Under the pieces are notes generated by a model. The model was not told the DNA's origin. It saw nothing but the letters and a program-made list of their open reading frames with translations, and ran no database searches. Positions 56,165-64,000 of a stretch of DNA of 64,000 nt are shown one piece after another. This DNA is from Macrostomum lignano (lineage: Eukaryota). Location of the stretch: contig NIVC01000269.1 of NCBI GenBank assembly GCA_002269645.1, forward strand, positions 1 through 64,000, read 5' to 3'. Positions within the stretch are counted from its first letter, which is position 1. Each line of letters opens with the position of its first letter. The position numbers and the translations under genes are program-made.

Positions 56165-59100
56165 ATGCATGCAAAACAAATGACTCGCTGCTGCATGACC
56201 TGGAGAAATGGTCTTATTGCAGTTGCAATCATTTATTTTATATTGGCTTTTATGTGCCTGATGTACCTGCCAAATTTTGATAGTCTACTAATTGATTCTG
56301 ATAAAGCTGATAGTAAGGATCATCACAAACCAAGGCACAGGTTTGTTAAGATTTGATGGCTTTAATGTGATAGTTTATATGTATGTTTAGGTACATATGG
56401 TTGAGCCATTTATTTTCTAAAATCAATTGCATACCTAAATAGATGAGACAAATCATTTTTAGTAAATAGGACTAGTTATCTATGCCACCATTGGGGAGCA
56501 AACAAAGAGTGCAATAAATAGTTTTAAATAAACTGTATATAGCCTCTGACCTTAGCCTTTGTATCTCAGCAATTCCCCCAAAAAACTTGACATTTCAGCA
56601 ATTCCCTCTAAGCCTTGCCATCTCAGCAATTATACAAGTAGGCTCTGGCATATCAGCAATTCCCCCCCTAAAAACTTGACATGTCAGCAATTCCCCCAGC
56701 AAGACTTCACATCTCAGCGATTCCCTCCCCCAGACTTGACATCTCAGCAATTCCCCCCAAAACTTGACATTTCAGCAATTCCTGCAGTAAGCCCTGACAT
56801 CTCAGCAATTCCCCCAGCAAGACTTGACATCTCAGAAATTTCCCCAGTAAGCCTTGACATCTCAGCTATTCCCCCAGTAAGCCTTGACATCTCAGAAATT
56901 TCCCCAGTAAGCCTTGACATCTCAGCTATTCCCCCAGTAAGCCTTGACATCTCAGAAATTTCCCCAGTAAGCCTTGACATCGCAGAAATTCCCCCAGTAA
57001 GCCTTGACATCTCAGAAATTAAACTCGAGCCTAGGCATCTACGCAATTCACCCAACCCAGTAAGCCATGACATCTCAGCTATTCCCCCAGTAAGCCTTGA
57101 CATCTCAGCTATTCTCTCAGTAAGCCCTGACATCTCAGCTATTCCCTCAGTAAGCCTTGACATCTCAGCAATTCCCCTCCCCCAGACTTGAAATCTCAGC
57201 AATGGTTTGATTATATGTGCGGCCACATTCATCTGGGACCTTTGTTGCACGAAAATTGGCCCTGTGGGGGCTGTCGTTACGATTCACACCTATGAAGGCC
57301 AGCCCACAAGGCACTGAGACTGTACATGTCTAACGATTAGAAAGCCGGAGCCACTGTTCACCCTGTGTGAGCGTGTGTGTGAGTGCGTGCCTTGTGCGTG
57401 TGAGTGCGTTTTCACATTTCAATTTTATTCGTTTTGTTCGTTTTATTCGTATGTAAAAAATCTTACAATATGCACTGCTTTATTACTAATAGGCATATTC
57501 TAGTGCGCGAATGGTTGAAACAGCGATGCGAAAATGTGAGCTCTGCTAGACCGGCAGATGTTGTCACCTCGTACCCATTGACCGGATCCGTAGGGATAAG
57601 GAATCAGCAGCAGCAACCGCCGCTTCGTGTAATGAGCGCCTATTATGATGCTCGTAAAGAATTGTCGCATTATATTCGCGTGCTAACGATATTGCCCAGG
57701 TCGGCTAAGTCTACAGTGAACTTGCACTGTCACGTGCCGCTAGCACCTGGTCTGCATTTCACTGTGCCCGGTACGCCTTACGAGATGAACGAGAATCACG
57801 CTATGCCTTATGGGGCTTACGTGTTCTCATGCGCTCTGCCGCCTCATCTGCAGGTGAGAGTGAATTCGATTTAATTAGTGAGAACGTGTTTAATTGGCTT
57901 TGTTACTAGACTGATAGATAGTTGTGTTTATTCATCAAATGTGAGATTCCATTTCTCTGTAAATTACGAGCTATCTCTAGGACTGTAATTCAGTTTTTTT
58001 AGAAGTAAATACTGACAAATCCTATCGTTCAATATTTTGCATTCTAATCCGAAATATCCCAGTCCGTTCCAGTTTCAAAATCCCAAAGAATCCCATTCTG
58101 ATATTTAGTTAAAGATTCGAAATCCCAAAGAATCCCATTCCGATATTTAGTTGAAGATTCGAAATCCCAAAAAATCCTATTCGATATTTAGTTGAATATT
58201 CGAAATCCCAAAGAACCCCATTCTGATATTTAGTTAAAGATTCGAAATCACAAAGAATCCCGTTCTGATATTTAGTTAAAGATTCGAAATCCCAAAGAAT
58301 CCCATTCTGATATTTAGTTAAAGATTCGAAATCCCGAAGAATCCCGTTCTGATATTTAGTTAAAGATTCGAAATCCCGAAGAATCCCGTTCTGATATTTA
58401 GTTAAAGATTCGAAATCCCAAAGAATCCCATTCTGATATTTAGTTAAAGATTCGAAATCCCAAAGAATCCCATTCTGATATTTAGTTAAAGATTCGAAAT
58501 CCCAAAGAATCCCATTCTGATATTTAGTTGAAGATTCGAAATCCCAAAGAACCCCATTCTGATATTTAGTTAAAGATTCGAAATCCCAAAGAATCCCATT
58601 CCGATATTTAGTTGAATATTCGAAATCCCAAAGAATCCCATTCTGATATTTAGTTAAAGATTCGAAATCCCAAAGAATCCCATTCTGATATTTAGTTAAA
58701 GATTCGAAATCCCAAAGAATCCCATTCTGATATTTAGTTAAAGATTCGAAATCCCAAAGAATCCCATTCCGATATTTAGTTAAAGATTCGAAATCTTAAA
58801 GAATCCCTTTCTGATATTTAGTTAAAGATTCGAAATCTTAAAGAATCCCTTTCTGATATTTAGTTGAAGATTCGAAATCCCAAAGAACCCCATTCTGATA
58901 TTTAGTTAAAGATTCGAAATCCCAAAGAATCCCATTCTGATATTTAGTTAAAGATTCGAAATCCCAAAGAATCCCATTCTGATATTTAGTTAAAGATTCG
59001 AAATCCCAAAGAATCCCATTCTGATATTTAGTTAAAGATTCGAAATCTTAAAGAATCCCTTTCTGATATTTAGTTAAAGATTCGAAATCTTAAAGAATCC

Positions 59101-61688
59101 CTTTCTGATATTTAGTTGAAGATTCGAAATCCCAAAGAATCCCATTCTGATATTTAGTTAAATATTCGAAATCCCAAAGAATCCCATTCCGATATTTAGT
59201 TAAAGATTCGAAATCTTAAAGAATCCCTTTCTGATATTTAGTTAAAGATTCGAAATCCCAAAGAATCCCATTCTGATATTTAGTTAAAGATTCGAAATCC
59301 CAAAGAACCCCATTCTGATATTTAGTTAAAGATTTGAAATCCCAAAGAATCCCATTCTGATATTTAGTTAAAGATTCGAAATCCCAAAGAATCCCTTTCT
59401 GATATTTAGTTAAAGATTCGAAATCCCAAAGAATCCCATTCTGATATTTAGTTAAAGATTTGAAATCCCAAAGAATTCCATTCTGATATTTAGTTAAAGA
59501 TTCGAAATCCCAAAGAATCCCATTCCGATATTTAGTTAAAGATTCGAAATCTTAAAGAATCCCATTCTGATATTTAGTTAAAGATTCGAAATCCCAAAGA
59601 ATCCCTTTCTGATATTTAGTTGAAGATTCGAAATCCCAAAGAATCCCATTCTGATATTTAGTTAAAGATTCGAAATCCCAAAGAATTCCATTCTGATATT
59701 TAGTTAAAGATTCGAAATCCCAAAGAATCCCATTCCGATATTTAGTTAAAGATTCGAAATCTTAAAGAATCCCTTTCTGATATTTAGTTAAAGATTCGAA
59801 ATCTTAAAGAATCCCTTTCTGATATTTAGTTGAAGATTCGAAATCTTAAAGAATCCCTTTCTGATATTTAGTTAAAGATTCGAAATCTTAAAGAATCCCT
59901 TTCTGATATTTAGTTAAAGATTCGAAATCCCAAAGAATCCCATTCCGATATTTAGTTAAAGATTCGAAATCTTAAAGAATCCCTTTCTGATATTTAGTTG
60001 AAGATTCGAAATCCCAAAGAATCCCATTCTGATATTTAGGTGAAGATTCGAAATCCCAAAGAATCCCATTCTGATATTTAGGTGAAGATTCGAAATCCCA
60101 AAGAATCCCATTCTGATATTTAGTTGAAGATTCGAAATCCCAAAGAATCGCATCAGAGTTTTCAGAACTCGATTCTCAAGATATTCTATTAGATATTAAG
60201 TATTCGAATTCCAAATTCGAAATCCCATCCTCCCAGTGACTAAATACAAGATTCGAATCCCGCTTAAGTCCCCGCGCTCCACTAATCCGCCAGGTATCCG
60301 ACCCGATCTGCAGCGTGCTGATCACGGACGGCCCCGAGCCCATACGCGACTTGGACGGTCGCCCAGTGAGCAGCGTGGAGCTACCCGTGCTCACTGTGCC
60401 CCGCGAGATCCCCACAAATGCGTTGCCAACGGCATCCGCTATTTCGCCTCGCCAGTTCACCGTCTGCGTGCCGCCACTGTTCGGCTCGCCGTCCGATAGG
60501 AAACTACTTGATTTCGTTGAGATGAGTCGAGCTTTAGGCGCCGAGCATTTTGTATTTTATCTGACTGACGAAATCTATTCGAATAATGGAGTTCTGTTGA
60601 AATTGTTGACATCATATGCTAGCAGAGGCTTAGCAACTCTGTTCCATTGGAAGCCGGTGAACGAGTTCAGATCTCAGATACACTACCACGGTCAGGTACT
60701 GGCTGTGCATCACTGCCTGTACTGGAATATGGGGCTGTCCAAATATGCCGTGTTTCAAGATTTCGATGAACTTCTGGTGCCTAATTCGGCTAAATACAAG
60801 TCTTGGACTGACCTGGCTAAGGACATTGATGATGGCACTCATTGCGGATTCAGGTTAGTTAGGGATCATTCTCCCTAAATGAGTATTTGGGAATAATTCT
60901 CCCAAAATGAGTATTTGGGAATAATTCTCCCAAAATGAGTATTTGGGTATTATTCTCTCAAAATGAGCATTTGAGGATCATTCTCCTAAAATAAGTATTT
61001 AGGGATTATTCTCTTAAAATACGTATTTGGGGATCATTATCTCAAAATGAGCATTTGGGGATCATTCTCCCAAAATGAGTATTTGGGAATTATTTCCCCA
61101 AAATGAGTATTTGAAGATTATTCTCCCTAAATTAGTATTTGGGCATTATTTCTCCCTAAATGAGTTTTTTGGGGATTATTCTCTCTAAGTGAGTTTTTGG
61201 GGATTATTCTCCCTAAATTAGTATTTGGGCATTATTCTCCCTAAATAAGTATTTGGGGATTATTCTCCCCAAATGGGTAGCCCGAGTTTTACTAAATTTC
61301 ATATTTAATAATAATAATTAGCATTACGTAATGCTGCTTCCCCAGATTCTTCAGCGCATTCTTCGAGCCGGACCAAAGCTATTTCGACGCGAAGCGCACA
61401 GCCGGTGTTAGCCGGGTTCGCACCAAATGCATGGTTAAGCCAGACTTAATATTTGAAATGGGTATTCATCATATTAGCAAGCAGAATATTGAAGAGATGA
61501 CGCCGGAAAACAAAGAACCAGATGTTGCTCTGTTGCATCACTACAGTCGGTGCACGATGGCGTTTGACAATGGCGCTGGCGATCTGTGCTCAAAGTACAT
61601 TGCCGACACGGAGTTGCACTTTTGGCGTAAACAATTTGAAAAATTCAAATTGGAGACTGTTCACGCTTTGAACTCTAGCAGTCGGTGA
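56165..61688 (+). CDS. Glycosyltransferase family 92 (DUF23), type II membrane protein; exons 56165-56340, ~57550-57853, 60294-60853, 61346-61688
   Basis: N-terminal TM segment (LIAVAIIYFILAFMCLMY). VMSAYYD, FTVCVPPLF, FVEMSRALGAEHF, QVLAVHHCLY, YAVFQDFDELLVP (DxD), KCMVKP...MGIHH, ALLHHY. Junction phases 2,0,2 are compatible. Confidence 0.85.
56560..57200. repeat. 30-bp minisatellite (gccttgacatctcagaaatttccccagtaa)n
   Basis: Direct inspection; GT92 intron 1. Confidence 0.9.
58070..60150. repeat. 42-bp minisatellite (gattcgaaatcccaaagaatcccattctgatatttagttaaa)n, about 49 copies
   Basis: Direct inspection; GT92 intron 2. Confidence 0.96.
60865..61275. repeat. ~30-bp degenerate minisatellite (aaatgagtatttggg...attctccc)n
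   Basis: Direct inspection; GT92 intron 3. Confidence 0.88.
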
Positions 61689-61699
61689 TTTCTGACAGA

Positions 61700-62545
61700 G
61701 TGGGGTGGGTGTCGGTTTGGGTTGAGGGGCAGCAGTGACGCCCGGGGAGTGGGGTGGGTGTCGGTTTGGGGTGCGGTGGCAGCAGTAACGCTCGGAGAGT
61801 GGAATGGCTGTCGGTTTGAGGTGAGGGGCAGTAGTGACGCCCGGGGAGTGGGGTGGGTGTCAGTTTGGGGTGAGGGAGCAGCAGTGACGCCCGGGGAGTG
61901 GGGTGGGTGTCGGTTTGGGGTGCGGTGGCAGCAGTAACGCTCGGAGAGTGGAATGGCTGTCGGTTTGAGGTGAGGGGGCAGTAGTGACGCCCGGGGAGTG
62001 GGGTGGGTGTCAGTTTGGGGTGAGGGAGCAGCAGTGACGCCCGGGGAGTGGGGTGGGTGTCAGTTTGGGGTGAGGGAGCAGCAGTGACGCCCGGGGAGTG
62101 GGGTGGGTGTCAGTTTGGGGTGAGGGAGCAGCAGTGACGCCCGGGGAGTGGGTGGGTGTCAGTTTAGGGTGAGGGAGCAGCAGTGACGCCCGGGAGTGGG
62201 GTGGGTATCAGTTTGGAGTGAGGGGGCAGCAGTGACGCCCGGGGAGTGGGGTGGGTATCGGTTTGGGGTGAGGGGGCAGCAGTGACGCCCGAGGAGTGGG
62301 GTGGGTGTCAGTTTAGAGTGAGGGGGCAGCAGTGACGCCCGAGGAGTGGGGTGAGTATCAGTTTGGGGTGAGGGGGCAGCAGTGACGCCCGGGGAGTGGG
62401 GTGGGTATCAGTTTAGAGTGATGGGGCAGCAGTGACTCCCGGGGAGTAGGGTGGGTATCAGTTTGGGGTGAGGGAGCAGCAGTGACGCCCTGAGAGTGGA
62501 ATGGTTTGGGTGTCGGTTTGGGGTGCCCAGGGAGTGGGGTGGGTG
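61700..62545. repeat. 50-bp G-rich minisatellite
   Basis: Unit ggggagtggggtgggtgtcagtttggggtgagggagcagcagtgacgccc, starting right after the GT92 stop codon. Confidence 0.93.
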
Positions 62546-63267
62546 TTTTACATAGAGAATCTAATAGAGAAAGAATTAATTGATCAATAACTTGACCCAA
62601 AGATGCTTTCAGTATTATTGTTTCCTAAATATTATAGCTATTGAAAATTTGCTATAATTTTGCTTTGCTTATATAGTCATAATTCGTTAATTACTGCTTA
62701 GAATTTTCGTCCATGCATGCCATTTTGTGACACGCCTCTGTTTCTGCTGGTTTTTATAAGTGCAAGAAAAGCCATCCACATTGATCCGTCGTTAATTTTT
62801 AAAAATAAATTTCATTTCTCAACTTTTTAATTTATAATCATATGCCCTAGTGGTACTGTGTCATCTATATTTGCTTATGCAGTTCTTAAAACTGTAAAGA
62901 GACAATTTGCCCCAACAATTGAAAAGTCTCTAAGTCGGCAGTTTTATTCACCTGTTATGGCATTTTATCTCTAAGCTTCTTTAATGTGGTATACGGCACT
63001 GAACTTCTAAAGGCATGCTTGTTTAGACCATCACTATTTATGTTTTTGAATATGTTTACCAGCTGCAGTCAGTTCGTTCACCTGTAAATTCTGTGCATAA
63101 GCGACTGTCGATCTTTAAAAGAATTCCTTTATTTATGAGTATGTTATTGCTCTTGTGTTATTGACAATGATATAAAATCATTGTCAATTCCGAAAATGCG
63201 TAACTGCGTTTATTTATTTAGCTTGATTCACTTTGCGTAGGTTTATCGAATAGAGCTTGTGAATTTG

Positions 63268-63298
<31 letters not shown>

Positions 63299-63337
63299 GT
63301 CTGTCTGTCTGTCTGTCTGTGTCTGTCTGTCTGTCTG

Positions 63338-63376
<39 letters not shown>

Positions 63377-63459
63377 GTCTGTCTGTCTGTCTGTCTGTGT
63401 CTGTCTGTCTGTCTGTCTGTGTCTGTCTGTCTGTCTGTGTCTGTCTGTCTGTCTGTCTG

Positions 63460-63494
<35 letters not shown>

Positions 63495-63555
63495 GTCTGT
63501 CTGTCTGTCTGTCTGTGTCTGTCTGTCTGTCTTAGTGTCTGTCTGTCTGTCTGTC

Positions 63556-63604
<49 letters not shown>

Positions 63605-63745
63605 GTCTGTCTGTCTGTCTGTCTGTGTCTGTCTGTCTGTCTGTCTGTGTCTGTCTGTCTGTCTCTGTCTGTCTGTCTGTCTGTGTCTGTCTGTCTGTCT
63701 GTCTGTGTCTGTCTGTCTGTCTGTCTGTCTGTCTTAGTGTCTTAG

Positions 63746-63784
<39 letters not shown>

Positions 63785-63825
63785 GTCTGTCTGTCTGTGT
63801 GTCTGTCTGTCTGTGTGTCTGTCTG

Positions 63826-63860
<35 letters not shown>

Positions 63861-63877
63861 GTGTGTGTGTCTGTCTG

Positions 63878-63912
<35 letters not shown>

Positions 63913-63925
63913 GTGTGTCTGTCTG

Positions 63926-63982
<57 letters not shown>

Positions 63983-64000
63983 TAGTGTCTTAGTGTCTGT
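63268..64000. repeat. (CTGT)n microsatellite
   Basis: Direct inspection; runs off the window end. Confidence 0.97.

Noticed and set aside
63259-63993. (VCLS)n ORFs
   Set aside because: Translations of the (CTGT)n microsatellite.

Overview
Repeat-rich metazoan genomic DNA. The simple-repeat load and gene set suggest a flatworm such as Macrostomum, but this is inference only. Bases 1-12067 are the right part of a Maverick/Polinton (adintovirus-like) endogenous DNA virus. It carries the capsid C-terminus, an adenain protease, a frameshifted packaging ATPase, two conserved Polinton ORFs, a DEDD-like ORF, an unexpected TATA-binding-protein (TBP) homolog and a protein-primed PolB that may be spliced to upstream repeat-rich exons. 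It ends in a hairpin-array terminal region and the canonical ACTACT terminus. Five spliced host genes follow: an RBMS/shep-like RRM protein (+), a peptide GPCR (-), a Dpr/IgLON-like two-Ig protein (-), TTLL11 (-) and a GT92/DUF23 glycosyltransferase (+). RBMS introns contain a long-TIR mariner derivative and two Penelope-like elements whose direct terminal repeats each carry a minimal hammerhead ribozyme (4 copies, minus strand). There are four copies of a tRNA-derived SINE and more than 20 distinct mini/microsatellite arrays. Best leads: the Maverick-encoded TBP, the hammerhead-flanked element and the phase-compatible three-exon PolB model. All protein assignments rest on motif recognition by eye; no database search was run.
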